A stretch of DNA of 60,531 nt from Candidatus Scatovivens sp. (GCA_045646345.1 JAZRKN010000002.1:1-60531), one strand, 5' to 3'; positions 1 through 11,267 are shown, counted from the first letter of the stretch. Made by a program: numbers and translations. Notes: generated from the letters alone by a model not told the origin.

Positions 1-48
1 ATTTATGGGTAGCAAGTAATAGATGCGTGGCTGGCAGGCCAACAAAAA

Positions 49-73
49 ATCCCCCTTATGCTCCAAGGGGGAT
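49..73. terminator. Intrinsic terminator-like hairpin downstream of dtd
   Basis: atccccctt-N7-aagggggat inverted repeat flanked by A and T tracts. Confidence 0.7.
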
Positions 74-81
74 AAATTTTT

Positions 82-522
82 TTATGCTTCAAAAATAAGG
101 GTAAAAGGTCCGTCGTTTTCAATAGAAACCTTCATATCTGCACCAAAAATTCCTTTTTCCACATGAATTCCTTCTGATTCGCATTTTTTCAAAAAATATT
201 CATATAATGGCTCTGCTATTTCTGGTCTTGCTGCATTTATAAAGCTTGGTCTATTTCCACTACTCATACTGTCTGCATATAATGTAAATTGAGAAATTAT
301 TAAAAGTTCTCCTCCAACATCTTTTAAAGACAAATTCATTTTTTCATTCTCATCTTCAAAAACTCTTAAATTGCATAATTTTCTTGCTAAAATATCCGCT
401 TCTTTTTCAGTATCACTGTGTGTTATACCACACAAAACCATAAAACCTTTTTCTATTTTTCCAACAATTTTACCATCAACTTCAACTTTAGAATTTAAAA
501 CTCTTTGTACTACTAATTTCAT
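82..522 (-). CDS. dtd: D-aminoacyl-tRNA deacylase
   Basis: VVQRV start, SQFTL, RPSF, FGADM and NDGP motifs. Confidence 0.97.
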   Translation of the reverse strand: MKLVVQRVLNSKVEVDGKIVGKIEKGFMVLCGITHSDTEKEADILARKLCNLRVFEDENEKMNLSLKDVGGELLIISQFTLYADSMSSGNRPSFINAARPEIAEPLYEYFLKKCESEGIHVEKGIFGADMKVSIENDGPFTLIFEA

Positions 523-1040
523 TATTTATTTTCCTCATTATTTTCTGCATTGTTTTCTTCATGATATTCTTCGTTATTTTCATTTGAAGTATTTTCTGCA
601 TTTTCAACATTATTTACTTCAATAACTTCAGCTTCTTTTACATTTTCTGGTTCTTCTTTTACTTCAACTGTTTCTTGTTTAGGCTGTTCTTTCCCACATT
701 TGCAGCAGAAACGATCTCCTAAATCTAGTTCTTCAGCACATTCAACACATTTTTTAGTATTTTTTAAAGCTAATATTTCTGTTTCTATTTTTGCAATATC
801 ATCTTTTGCTTTTGATATTTCATCACATTTTGCTGTTACTTCTTCTTTTGATACATCTTTTCCATCTTTTACTTCTATATAAACAATTTTTCCAATATCT
901 TTATATAAATCTTCTATTTTGTCTTTTAAATCACAAATTTTCCCTTTTAATTTTAATTCCTCAGTAATATTAACAGCTTTTTCTTTTGTTGCTTGATATG
1001 TTTTACTTGCTTTTTTTCCTAATTTATTAAAAAAATCCAT
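522..1040 (-). CDS. Coiled-coil plus zinc-ribbon domain protein
   Basis: Helical N-terminal part, CxxC...CxxC (CVEC, CCKC), acidic tail; 1-nt overlap with dtd. Confidence 0.8.
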   Translation of the reverse strand: MDFFNKLGKKASKTYQATKEKAVNITEELKLKGKICDLKDKIEDLYKDIGKIVYIEVKDGKDVSKEEVTAKCDEISKAKDDIAKIETEILALKNTKKCVECAEELDLGDRFCCKCGKEQPKQETVEVKEEPENVKEAEVIEVNNVENAENTSNENNEEYHEENNAENNEENK

Positions 1041-1090
1041 TTCATATTCCTCCTATAATACAATTTATTATTCCCACATTTATACTATTT

Positions 1091-2077
1091 CTATTCTTCT
1101 TTTAATGTTCTTGTCATTAAATTTTCAACTGCAGTTTTTGGGTCTAATCCGTTATATAAAACATCATACACTGCATTTACTATAGGCATCTCTACATTGT
1201 ATTTTTTTGCTAATTTATAAGCAACATCAATATTATCAACACTTTCAATTGTCATTCCAATTTCTTTTCTTGCTTCTTCAATTGTATGACCTTTTCCTAT
1301 CATAACACCAGCTCTTCTGTTTCTACTATGTTGACTTCCACAAGTTACTATTAAATCACCAAGACCTGTTAATCCATAAAATGTTTTTTCTTGACCTCCC
1401 ATTGCTGTTCCTAATCTTGCAATTTCAACTAATCCTCTTGTTGCTAAAGCAGCAAATGTATTATCTCCTAATTCTAATCCAACAGAAATACCAGCACAAA
1501 AAGCGATTATATTTTTTAGCGCAGCTCCTAACTCTACACCTCTAACATCTTTTGATGTATATAATCTCATTTTTGGACTTTTAAAAGCTTCTACAACTGC
1601 CATTTTTAACTCTTCACTTTCTGAAGCAACAACTAATGCTGTTGGTATATCTAGTGAAACTTCTTCTGCGTGACTTGGTCCAGATAATATTCCACATCTA
1701 ATGTTTGGTAGTTCTTCTTTCATTACTTGATCTAAAGTTAAATTAGATTCTGCTTCAAAACCTTTTGAGCACATTACCAACATTTGATCTTCTTTTACGA
1801 AATCTTTATATTGTTTTATAGTATTTCTAACGAATTTTGATGGTGTTACATGTAAAATGATTTCTGCCCCATCTAATACTTCTTCAAAATTTGTTGAACA
1901 AACAACACCTTCTGGAACAATTGCTTTTGGTAAAAATATACATTTTCTATCTACATTAATAGATTTCATTTCATCTTCATTAAAAGACCATAATCTTACT
2001 TCATTTCCATTATTTGCCAAATAAATTCCTAACGCTGCTCCCCAGCTTCCACTTCCTATTATTGCTACTTTACTCAT
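1091..2077 (-). CDS. gpsA: NAD(P)H-dependent glycerol-3-phosphate dehydrogenase
   Basis: GSGSWG Rossmann motif, SGPSHAEEV, GAALKN, GLGDLIVTC, SRNR. Confidence 0.97.
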   Translation of the reverse strand: MSKVAIIGSGSWGAALGIYLANNGNEVRLWSFNEDEMKSINVDRKCIFLPKAIVPEGVVCSTNFEEVLDGAEIILHVTPSKFVRNTIKQYKDFVKEDQMLVMCSKGFEAESNLTLDQVMKEELPNIRCGILSGPSHAEEVSLDIPTALVVASESEELKMAVVEAFKSPKMRLYTSKDVRGVELGAALKNIIAFCAGISVGLELGDNTFAALATRGLVEIARLGTAMGGQEKTFYGLTGLGDLIVTCGSQHSRNRRAGVMIGKGHTIEEARKEIGMTIESVDNIDVAYKLAKKYNVEMPIVNAVYDVLYNGLDPKTAVENLMTRTLKEE

Positions 2078-2192
2078 CTACACATCTCCTTTTTAGTTTT
2101 ATTTAATTTTTTATAATCTTATTTAATAAATATATCTATATAAAATTCAATAGCGGGCTTAATTAAAAGTCCGCTTATTGTTTACTCTCAAA

Positions 2193-2948
2193 CTATTTAT
2201 TTTCTTCTTTGTTTTCTTCAATAGCAGTTTCATTTACTGTTTCTATTTTTTCTTCAACTTTTTCTGTTTTTTTATTTTCTACAGGTTCTTCTTTTTTCAC
2301 TGTAGCTTCTTTTTTCTTAAAGCTTAATTTATTTTCAGTTCCATTTATAATTCTTTTTAAATTACTTCTATGATTATATATAACTAATGCAGCAAGTAAT
2401 ATTCCAAAAATTATAAAACTAAAATCAAAATCGATTCCACCAATATAAGAATCTCTTATGAACATTGTTAATACAGCAAATAAAACAGATGCTGATATTG
2501 ACCCTAAAGAAACAATTCTAGTTAAAGCCATCAACGAAAGAGCAAATACTAAACAAATTAAACCAATTTTCCAGTTTACTATTAGTATTACACCTAAACT
2601 TGTTGCTACACCTTTTCCTCCTCTAAATCCAAAGAATACTGGAAATGTGTGCCCAATTACAACTGCTAATGCCGCTATTTCTACGACAATTGCAGAATTT
2701 GCTGATTCTCCAGCAATTACTCCAACAAGTAATGCTATTAAAACTGAAACAACACCTTTTAATATATCACAAAGCAATGTTAATGCTGCCGCTTTTTTAC
2801 CAACTGTTCTTAAAACATTTGTTGAACCAGCATTACCACTTCCTTTTTCTCTTACATCAAAACCAGCCATTTTTTTACTGATTATTACTGAAAAATTAAC
2901 GCTACCAATTAAATATGCAATTACTGCCATTACAATATATGCTACCAT
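2193..2948 (-). CDS. plsY: Glycerol-3-phosphate acyltransferase PlsY
   Basis: YLIGS, GSGNAGSTN, GHTFP, GGKGVAT, HRSN motifs; der-plsY-gpsA context. Confidence 0.96.
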   Translation of the reverse strand: MVAYIVMAVIAYLIGSVNFSVIISKKMAGFDVREKGSGNAGSTNVLRTVGKKAAALTLLCDILKGVVSVLIALLVGVIAGESANSAIVVEIAALAVVIGHTFPVFFGFRGGKGVATSLGVILIVNWKIGLICLVFALSLMALTRIVSLGSISASVLFAVLTMFIRDSYIGGIDFDFSFIIFGILLAALVIYNHRSNLKRIINGTENKLSFKKKEATVKKEEPVENKKTEKVEEKIETVNETAIEENKEENK

Positions 2949-3147
2949 ATATTTTTCCTCCTAAACTTTTTTTCTATTGTTTCTTTATTCCATAAATTTA
3001 TCTATTATTTATTTATGAAAAACTCTAGCCTTATAATATTATAAAATCCCTTTATAGTCAATAATTTGTTGACAATTTATACTATCAGTCAGTTCATTTT
3101 TTATAAACAAAAAACCTAATTACTTATAAAAGCAATTAGGTTTTCTT

Positions 3148-4866
3148 TTATTCAACTTCTGCAGCTGTTATCTTTTTTTGTCTCATTTTTTTTATATATT
3201 CTAATATTTTGTGAATAGAATATCCTATCATAACAATACCAAAAATTATCATCAATGGATATGTTGCAGATAAGTACATCGCAGTAATAACATTAGCGTT
3301 AAAAGCTGTTTCATAAGCGATTCCAGCCACCAATGTTAACATCGCCCCCAATATTCCAGATATAGCAACCCACATTTCAAGATTTTCAAATTTTTTCTTA
3401 AATATTTGTATTATTACAACAATAGAAAGTATAACATAAATACCAATTCCAGCCACAAATACTACTGTAGATAAAGTTTTATATATATTAATTAAATTAT
3501 TTATAGTATTAACTCTTGTAATTATGCCATTTGCATAATTTTCCATATTATCAAAATGATATACATTTTCCTTTGTTTCTGGATCTACTAATAAAAATTT
3601 ATTTCCAGTATATTTAGCATATTTTTTATAATAATCTTCATAACCTTCTTTATACTCTAATTTTCTTCCTTCAAATGCTATATCATAATAACTTTGAAGA
3701 GCCTCAAACACGTGAGAGACTTCATCAAATACCTTTTGGACAGACTCCATCTTATCAGTTTTTACATCTTCTTTTTCTAGTAAACCTTTTTCTAAAGCAT
3801 CTTCAATTTGAATATGCAAAGTATAACAAAAATTATTTATATTTTTAGCATTTGTGTAATATCCAGCTTCGCTTAAAGCGCCTTTTAACGCCCAAGGAAA
3901 CCATCCATTGGCAACCTCTCCATCTAGTGGCGTACTATCTATTAGTGAGTATCCAAAAACTAATTCTGATAATCTTGGATGAATACCATCTAAGCAAGTT
4001 ACTTCAGCAACTCTTCTTAATTTTTCAGTCGTAAAATCTATATTATCATAATAATCATATTTTTTTACTTTTCTTAAGCTTTTCATTGCTTTATTATATT
4101 CTTCGTTATTATAAACAGTATAAACGCCAAAATGTTTATAATTTTGATAGCACAAAACATTTCTATAAACAAATGTTACACATACCGGAATAACTAAAAT
4201 CAATAAAATTTTAAAAAACTCTTTATTTATCTTTTTATTTTTAGCAATTACCCCAACAATTGTTGATATTGTCATAAAAATTATAAATGGCAACATCCAA
4301 ATAGAATCTTCTCTTGTATACCAAAACAAAGCTAGGAAAATTCCTGTACCAATTGAAGCAAAAAATTTCTTCCAAAAACTATTTTCATCTCTTGTAAAAA
4401 ACATATATATATAACCAGAAATAATAAGTATTGAAAATGATGGAACAATTGCATTTCTGTATACCCTTTGCATTACTTGATAAGAATACATTATCGGAAC
4501 AAATAATGTTGTTGTATACAATACAAATAAAAATGCTTTGTTCTTTATTTTTTTACCAATCACATAAGTTAATATTAAACATGCTATTATATAAAAAACA
4601 GTCATCATCGTTATATAATCTAACTTTATAAAATAACAAAAAGCTAAAAGTATTGGAAAGGATAGTCCTTTTGATATAACTACATCTGTATATGGACCAA
4701 CCCAATTACCATTTACCAAATTTTCTGTAATATTAATCATTAACATATCATCAATTCCAAGTTCAACATTAGCTACGATTGGCAAATCATATACTAACAT
4801 TAATCTTAATACAGAAACTATCAAAATGGATATAATAAATATAACTAAACTTATTTTATTCTTCAT
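3148..4866 (-). CDS. Polytopic membrane protein, probable GT-C-fold glycosyltransferase
   Basis: About 10-12 hydrophobic segments, DD pair in first external loop (GIDD), TRE motif, large external loop. Confidence 0.55.
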   Translation of the reverse strand: MKNKISLVIFIISILIVSVLRLMLVYDLPIVANVELGIDDMLMINITENLVNGNWVGPYTDVVISKGLSFPILLAFCYFIKLDYITMMTVFYIIACLILTYVIGKKIKNKAFLFVLYTTTLFVPIMYSYQVMQRVYRNAIVPSFSILIISGYIYMFFTRDENSFWKKFFASIGTGIFLALFWYTREDSIWMLPFIIFMTISTIVGVIAKNKKINKEFFKILLILVIPVCVTFVYRNVLCYQNYKHFGVYTVYNNEEYNKAMKSLRKVKKYDYYDNIDFTTEKLRRVAEVTCLDGIHPRLSELVFGYSLIDSTPLDGEVANGWFPWALKGALSEAGYYTNAKNINNFCYTLHIQIEDALEKGLLEKEDVKTDKMESVQKVFDEVSHVFEALQSYYDIAFEGRKLEYKEGYEDYYKKYAKYTGNKFLLVDPETKENVYHFDNMENYANGIITRVNTINNLINIYKTLSTVVFVAGIGIYVILSIVVIIQIFKKKFENLEMWVAISGILGAMLTLVAGIAYETAFNANVITAMYLSATYPLMIIFGIVMIGYSIHKILEYIKKMRQKKITAAEVE

Positions 4867-4886
4867 AATATAACCTTTCAGCTAAA

Positions 4887-6215
4887 TTAATTTTCGTTTT
4901 CACCTTTTTCTCTAATTATTAATCTAATTGGAGTTCCTTCTAATCCAAAGTTATTTCTAAAGCAATTTATCAAATATCTTTGATATGAGAAGTGGAATAA
5001 TTCTTTATTATTAACAAATATTACAAATGTTGGTGGTTTAGTAGAAGCTTGTGTTCCATACATAATCTTCAATCTCTTACCTTTATCAGTAGGTGGTTGA
5101 ACAACTGCAATCGCTTCATTTATAACTTCATTTATAACTGCTGTTGAAATTCTTTTTGCATTTTCTGCAGCAACATTATTTATCATTTCAAATAATTTAT
5201 TTACTCTTTGACCTGTTTTAGCAGAGATAAATATAACTGGTGCATATGATGCATAAGAAATTTTTTCATAAACTTCTTTTTTATATTTTTCTAATGTTCC
5301 TGTTTCTTTTTCAAATTCATCCCATTTGTTTACAACAATTATAATACCTTTACCAGCTTCATGAGCTTCTCCTAATATTTTAGCATCTTGGTCTGTTACA
5401 CCTTCTAACGCATCTATTAAAACTAAACAAACATCAGCTCTTTCAATTGCAAAAAGTGTTCTCATAACACTAAATTTTTCAATTGATTCATTTACTTTAG
5501 CTTTTTTTCTAACACCTGCAGTATCGATAAAAGTATATTTCCCAAATTCATTTTCAAAATTAGAATCTATCGCATCTCTAGTAGTTCCCGCAATATTACT
5601 TACAATACTTCTATCTTCACCTAAAATTTTATTTACTAGTGATGACTTACCAACATTTGGTTTTCCAATTATTGCTACTTTAATTCTTTCGTCATCACTT
5701 TCTTCATCATTTTTAGGAGGCAAATTCTCATAAATACAATCTAATAAATCTCCAATTCCAATTGCATTGGCAGCAGATACTGGATGTGGTTCACCAAGTC
5801 CTAAATTATAAAATTCATATAATTCTGCTGGTGGTTCTCCATAATTATCTGATTTATTACAAGCCAAGATTATTGGTTTATGAGATTTTTTTAGCATCAT
5901 TGCAATTTCCATATCAGCAGCTGTAACACCTTGTTTTATATCTGTTAAAAATAAAATAACGTCAGCAACACTTATTGCAATATTCGCTTGCTCTCTCATT
6001 TGTGAAACAATAATATCATCAGATTCTGGTTCTATACCACCTGTATCTATTAATGTAAATTCTCTATCTCTCCAAGAAGTATCAGCATAAACTCTATCTC
6101 TTGTAACTCCTGGAGTATCTTCTACTATTGAAATTCTTTGACCTACTACATAATTGAAAAATCTTGATTTACCAACATTTGGTTTTCCAATTATTGCTAC
6201 TATTGGTTTAGACAT
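4887..6215 (-). CDS. der: Ribosome biogenesis GTPase Der (EngA)
   Basis: Two GKPNVGKS P-loops, DTGG/DTAG, NKxD, C-terminal KH-like PPTF domain. Confidence 0.98.
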   Translation of the reverse strand: MSKPIVAIIGKPNVGKSRFFNYVVGQRISIVEDTPGVTRDRVYADTSWRDREFTLIDTGGIEPESDDIIVSQMREQANIAISVADVILFLTDIKQGVTAADMEIAMMLKKSHKPIILACNKSDNYGEPPAELYEFYNLGLGEPHPVSAANAIGIGDLLDCIYENLPPKNDEESDDERIKVAIIGKPNVGKSSLVNKILGEDRSIVSNIAGTTRDAIDSNFENEFGKYTFIDTAGVRKKAKVNESIEKFSVMRTLFAIERADVCLVLIDALEGVTDQDAKILGEAHEAGKGIIIVVNKWDEFEKETGTLEKYKKEVYEKISYASYAPVIFISAKTGQRVNKLFEMINNVAAENAKRISTAVINEVINEAIAVVQPPTDKGKRLKIMYGTQASTKPPTFVIFVNNKELFHFSYQRYLINCFRNNFGLEGTPIRLIIREKGENEN

Positions 6216-6318
6216 TTTATATTCCTCTCCTCACAATTATTCTCTTATTTTTGCTTGTATATTATATCTTATTTCCCGCTATTTTTCAAGCTTTCTTCAA
6301 GTATTTTACATAATATTA

Positions 6319-6723
6319 TCAATTTAACTTAATATTCTTTTTTATAAAATCCATTAATTTTGTAAAAAATGATTTTTTCACTTCCGGCACTACTGCATTT
6401 ACTTCTATTTTTTCTGCCTTAATTTCAGATTGATTAGATAAATCTTTAAATAAATATTCTTTAAATTCATCTTTTTCTACTTCAGTTTCAGTTAAATATT
6501 TTCTATAGACATAAGCTAACATATCATAGGTTTCTGGTAAAAAATTTTGTTCTTCTAATTGTTTACTCTCATCAAATTTAAAATCATAATACATATCATG
6601 ACCTTGATATATTGCTTCTATAAAATCTGGTTCTATTTTATAAAACTCCTCATCTGGAATATATTTAAAAACCTCTAACATTTCTGTACATACTTTAGAA
6701 AAATTATTTTCTTTAATGTCCAT
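6319..6723 (-). CDS. Hypothetical acidic protein with basic amphipathic C-terminal helix
   Basis: 134-aa ORF with GGAG RBS; ends KKSFFTKLMDFIKKNIKLN. Confidence 0.7.
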   Translation of the reverse strand: MDIKENNFSKVCTEMLEVFKYIPDEEFYKIEPDFIEAIYQGHDMYYDFKFDESKQLEEQNFLPETYDMLAYVYRKYLTETEVEKDEFKEYLFKDLSNQSEIKAEKIEVNAVVPEVKKSFFTKLMDFIKKNIKLN

Positions 6724-6733
6724 CTTATTTCTC

Positions 6734-7918
6734 CTATCTAGTTGTATATGGATCAGACAAATCCATTTTTGTATCTATAGTTGGAATAGTTTTGGTAGGT
6801 TCATTAGATTCTTCTAATGATTTTTCTTGAGCCAACTCTCCTACAACAATTTCTTCAAGCACAAGTTTTGAACTTTTTCCAGCATTTTTTCTTTCTTTCA
6901 TCGCTTTTTTACAGTTACTCACAAGTTCTGTTATTTTTTCTAGCGCTTTTGGATTTGTTTTTTGTGCTAATCTAATTCCTATTTCTTTTATACTATATTT
7001 GTCACCAATTTCTGATAAAGTCCTACCATTTATATATCTTTGTTCTTGAGCATATCTTATTTGATCAATTTCTCTTTCGTTTCTTAAAGATTGATAAAAA
7101 CATTTGCCAGCAGCTGTCAAATCACCTTTTCCCCTTTGATATGCCATTTCATATTTTAATAATTTATTACTATTTTTTATAAAAGCTTCATAATAAATTT
7201 GATCATTTGTATAATCGCCTTTTAATAATTCTCTAGGAACAGAATTTATATTTGGTGCTTCATATCTTAGCATTTTATCTTTCAATTCTGGAGTTAAAAA
7301 CAACATATCTTCATAGTCTATAACAAATAAATTTCCTTGATAATCCGAAAACTCTTGTCCAAATTGTTCATTAATCCCATCTTGGCTTGGATATATTGTA
7401 GAAAAATCCATTTTATGATCTATAGTTCCTAAATTTTCAGCTTTTATATCAAGCCACAATCCTCCAGCATCTCTAACTAAATTATACATTTCTTGCGTCA
7501 TAGATTCTGAAACATTTCTCGTATTTGCTCTTTGAGATACATATAATCCCAAATCCATTTTTCCTTCTGTTCTTGAATATTTTTTTAAATCTTGTTTATA
7601 TACCGGTGACAATCTATATGGATTTTCATACACTTCTTCTGTTGTATTTCCAATTTTTATTACAGCGTCACCAACACCAATACAAGAATATCTCTGTCCA
7701 AAGCCTAAATAATCAATTTCTTCTAACGTTAATCCTTGAGCTTCAGCCAATTTTTCCATTTGTTCCAATATAACTTCATAGTCTTGTTCATCTATTTTCC
7801 TAGCTGATGATCCCACAAAAAACTCTTCTAAAAAATATCTTTTCATATTTTCTTTCGAGAAACTTCCATATTTTTTAGTTATTAATTTAGTAATTTTATC
7901 GTTTGCTTGTATCCCCAT
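6734..7918 (-). CDS. Divergent protein-kinase-like fold protein
   Basis: LGFGQRYS Gly loop, VIKIG, WLDIKAENLG catalytic loop, FVIDYED in kinase order. Confidence 0.6.
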   Translation of the reverse strand: MGIQANDKITKLITKKYGSFSKENMKRYFLEEFFVGSSARKIDEQDYEVILEQMEKLAEAQGLTLEEIDYLGFGQRYSCIGVGDAVIKIGNTTEEVYENPYRLSPVYKQDLKKYSRTEGKMDLGLYVSQRANTRNVSESMTQEMYNLVRDAGGLWLDIKAENLGTIDHKMDFSTIYPSQDGINEQFGQEFSDYQGNLFVIDYEDMLFLTPELKDKMLRYEAPNINSVPRELLKGDYTNDQIYYEAFIKNSNKLLKYEMAYQRGKGDLTAAGKCFYQSLRNEREIDQIRYAQEQRYINGRTLSEIGDKYSIKEIGIRLAQKTNPKALEKITELVSNCKKAMKERKNAGKSSKLVLEEIVVGELAQEKSLEESNEPTKTIPTIDTKMDLSDPYTTR

Positions 7919-7931
7919 TATTTTTCCTTAA

Positions 7932-9605
7932 TTATCTTTTTTTTAATATATATGCCGCTAATCCTATAAAAGAAGTTATAGAAATTAGCATTGAAATTTT
8001 CATTGGCATAGTTCCTTCATATTCAACTTCTAATTTTGCTGAATCATCTTTTCCCATGGCAATACCTAAAAAACCATTTTCTGTTTCAAACGTATCAATA
8101 ATCATTCCATCAAGCCTTACTTGATATCCTGGATAATAAATATATGGTAATTCAAATATAGTATATTCTTCATCTCCAGTAGTAATGTCTGCAACATATT
8201 TTCCATTTATTTTTTCTTCATTTTCAATAATTGCTTTTCCTTTTAACACATATATCACTTTTTCTCTCGAAGCAACATAAAATCTATTTTTATATGCATT
8301 TACTGGTAAGTATTCAGCTTTTCCAATTCCTGCAACAGTTTCTACTTCTCTCCCAGAAACATTTCCCAAATCATAATTTTCTATATTAGCTAAATTATCG
8401 CTAGAATAGCGAACTAAAATATTATAAAAAGCTAAAATATAAAATATTGAAATTATCGATAATACCAAAACATCTTTAAGTGAAAATTTCTTTATTATTG
8501 TTCCCATGTTCATGGCACTTACTACACTCAAGAAAAACGCAGCCATCATTATCATTCTCCATGGAAATTGAATAATTGATAATTGATTTGGTAAATATTT
8601 CCAAGGGAAATATTTTGTTGCCATCCATAGGGAAACTAAACCACATACTAAGAAAAATATATAAGTTTTCTTCAATTCTGGTTTTAATAATGTTAATGTC
8701 ATTGCAGAAAATGCAAGCATTATTAAAATGTGTGGTCCTAATTCAAACACATAATCAATTCCATTATTTGCAGTAACAAATAATTGAGTTAATTTTAATC
8801 CATGTCCTGCAGTTATCTCAGAGGTAGACATCATACCATCTTCATAAACTTGATAATTTGCAGACATTTTTGTCTCCATCAAAGGTATCCAATAAAAACT
8901 AGTTACCAATAAAATAAATGTAATATTTATTAGCAATCCTTTTCTAACTTTCGAATCTTTTAGTCTTTCTATATTAATTAATAAATATACAAATGAGAAA
9001 ATAGCGACAATTGCTGTAGATAAATTATGTGTTAATATCAACCCAATTGCTCCAATCGCTAAATAATAATTTTTATCTAATGTATTAAACAAATTATATA
9101 ATCCCAAAAATACCAAAGGAATAAATACAAACGCTGTATATTCACCTAACGCATTTCTGGTATATAAATCTGTCAAATGATATGGAAATGTCATATATAA
9201 AACACTTCCTAAAATCGCAACTTCATTATTTCTTGTAAAATTTTTCAAAAACTTATACATAAAAAGACCAGATAAAAACATCGCAATAACTGTAAATAAT
9301 TTATATGCCACAAGATAATTTTTAACCAAAAACCTTATAGCAATTATTCCGTACGTTGTAAGTGGTCCATAAAATAAATTCCAAGAATAACCATAGCTAT
9401 TTGTAAAATTAGATATTACATTTGGAAACAACCAATTCTCTTTTATAGATTCAGTCGTTCCATATGCTCTAGCAATATGTTGTATTCCATCATCACAATA
9501 AATATCGATTTGTGAACTTAAAAGAGGACTTCCAATTAGTAAAGCTACAATAACAATAATAAGAACATCTATTAAATTCCTATTTTTTAACATTTTTTCT
9601 TTCAT
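7932..9605 (-). CDS. YfhO/PTPS-related membrane protein (GT-C type)
   Basis: DDGIQH, FYGPL, R-x-ALGE, LTHNLS, IQFPWR and C-terminal YYPGY motifs. Confidence 0.8.
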   Translation of the reverse strand: MKEKMLKNRNLIDVLIIVIVALLIGSPLLSSQIDIYCDDGIQHIARAYGTTESIKENWLFPNVISNFTNSYGYSWNLFYGPLTTYGIIAIRFLVKNYLVAYKLFTVIAMFLSGLFMYKFLKNFTRNNEVAILGSVLYMTFPYHLTDLYTRNALGEYTAFVFIPLVFLGLYNLFNTLDKNYYLAIGAIGLILTHNLSTAIVAIFSFVYLLINIERLKDSKVRKGLLINITFILLVTSFYWIPLMETKMSANYQVYEDGMMSTSEITAGHGLKLTQLFVTANNGIDYVFELGPHILIMLAFSAMTLTLLKPELKKTYIFFLVCGLVSLWMATKYFPWKYLPNQLSIIQFPWRMIMMAAFFLSVVSAMNMGTIIKKFSLKDVLVLSIISIFYILAFYNILVRYSSDNLANIENYDLGNVSGREVETVAGIGKAEYLPVNAYKNRFYVASREKVIYVLKGKAIIENEEKINGKYVADITTGDEEYTIFELPYIYYPGYQVRLDGMIIDTFETENGFLGIAMGKDDSAKLEVEYEGTMPMKISMLISITSFIGLAAYILKKR

Positions 9606-9626
9606 ATTAATCCCTTCTTTCGGCTA

Positions 9627-10121
9627 TTAATAATACAATTGCCCCTTTAAAAATTCATCTTCTTCAACTAATTTTTTTACATCAAAAATTTTATATTTTG
9701 TAGAATCTTCTCTTACTATAACATTCTCTATTCCTGCATTTATAATAAACTTTCTACACATCAAACAAGGAGCAGCTCCTTCTTCATACTCATGTGTTTC
9801 TGTTCTATACCCAACCAAATACAATGTTGCACCTAACATATCATTTCTTGAAGCACTAATTATCGCATTTTGCTCTGCATGAACAGATCTGCATGCATCA
9901 TATCCTCCATGTCTTTGATCTGGTAACAATTTTTTCTTTGTACAAAATCCAATATCGCAACAATTAGTTCTTCCCCTTGGTGCTCCATTATATCCTGTTG
10001 CTATAATTTGATCATTATTTACAATTACAGCTCCATATTTTTTTCTCAAACAAGTAGCTCTAGAAGCAACTGTTTCTGCTATATCTAAATAATAGTTTTG
10101 TTTATCTATTCTATTTTCCAT
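9627..10121 (-). CDS. dCMP deaminase family protein
   Basis: RATC, GYNG, HAEQNA and PCxxC zinc motifs. Confidence 0.92.
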   Translation of the reverse strand: MENRIDKQNYYLDIAETVASRATCLRKKYGAVIVNNDQIIATGYNGAPRGRTNCCDIGFCTKKKLLPDQRHGGYDACRSVHAEQNAIISASRNDMLGATLYLVGYRTETHEYEEGAAPCLMCRKFIINAGIENVIVREDSTKYKIFDVKKLVEEDEFLKGQLYY

Positions 10122-10304
10122 AATTTTTACTAAAATATCGAAATATTTTCCTTTCTAAAATTACATTTTTTTGCACTTTTTTACTCCAATATTTTATAAT
10201 AAAAACCATATAATGTCAAAGAAAAATAAGTGCAATTTTAAGCAATCAAAATTATTTTTGGCAACAAAAAAAGACATATAAAATATGTCTTTTTAAAGTT
10301 TAAA

Positions 10305-10487
10305 TTATTCAGCTTTTTTTGCTATAACTTCTTTTCCATCATAGTAACCACAGTTTGAACATACTGTATGTGGTCTTACTGGTTGATGGCAATGTGAGCA
10401 TACTGCTACGTTTTCTTCTTCTAATTTCCATGTTGATCTTTTTAAACCTGTTCTAGCTTTAGACCATCTTCTTTTTGGTTGTGCCAT
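10305..10487 (-). CDS. rpmF: 50S ribosomal protein L32
   Basis: MAQPKRR start, CxxC...PHxVCxxCGYY. Confidence 0.97.
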   Translation of the reverse strand: MAQPKRRWSKARTGLKRSTWKLEEENVAVCSHCHQPVRPHTVCSNCGYYDGKEVIAKKAE

Positions 10488-10571
10488 TTCAAAATCCCTC
10501 CTTTAGTGACTTTTTATATATGTCAAAATAAAATTTATTCCTTAAAGTTACTAAAATAGTATACAACCAAT

Positions 10572-11267
10572 TTATGCGTTTGTCAAGCTTTTTTTATTAT
10601 TTTTAATGCTTGTTGGAATTATTATGCCTGCATTTTTTCCAACATAATCAAATGTACCAAATTGGCTCTTTCCTCTTTCTAATATTATTTGATTTTCTAA
10701 TTTTTGATTTTCTATTCTATAAAAGTTTATTTGATTTCTAATATCACCAAATATTCCTTTTGATTTTTCTTGATGAACTATTGGTAAAAATGATTGTCCT
10801 TTATCTATTTTTTCGCAAGCTAATACATAAACTTGTTCTTCTGTTACTTTTTCTTCTTTGCTACAAGTTCTTTCAATTTTATCATAAATATATTGCATTT
10901 CTTTAGTAAAATTTCCACCCAAATTAGAAATAGCACAAGCATATAAATCAGCCATCATATCTTTAGGCTCGTATTTATCTTTTCGCTCTATTTTTTCTGT
11001 CTGTAATAATTCAATTCTTAATTTTACATTTCTTGCTTTTTCCAATTGTAATGAATTTTTTCCAGTAAAATTACCAAAGAATGTTATTCTATCAGCTGCT
11101 ATTGAGTCACTTTCTTTTACGTATTTCTTTATTTTGGCATCTTTAATAATGTTTTGTACTTTAATATACATTGCTCTGTTTGCTATTTCTTTAGTTTTTC
11201 TACGATATTCAGTTACCCATTCTTCATCCCAATTTGAAATTGCTAAGTCTTCATCAACTAAATTCAT
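10572..11267 (-). CDS. Hypothetical protein
   Basis: 231-aa ORF with GAGG RBS; no motif recognised. Confidence 0.6.
   Translation of the reverse strand: MNLVDEDLAISNWDEEWVTEYRRKTKEIANRAMYIKVQNIIKDAKIKKYVKESDSIAADRITFFGNFTGKNSLQLEKARNVKLRIELLQTEKIERKDKYEPKDMMADLYACAISNLGGNFTKEMQYIYDKIERTCSKEEKVTEEQVYVLACEKIDKGQSFLPIVHQEKSKGIFGDIRNQINFYRIENQKLENQIILERGKSQFGTFDYVGKNAGIIIPTSIKNNKKSLTNA

Noticed and set aside
1-45. GC-richer stretch at the window start as an RNA or mobile-element end
   Set aside because: Too short and truncated to assign
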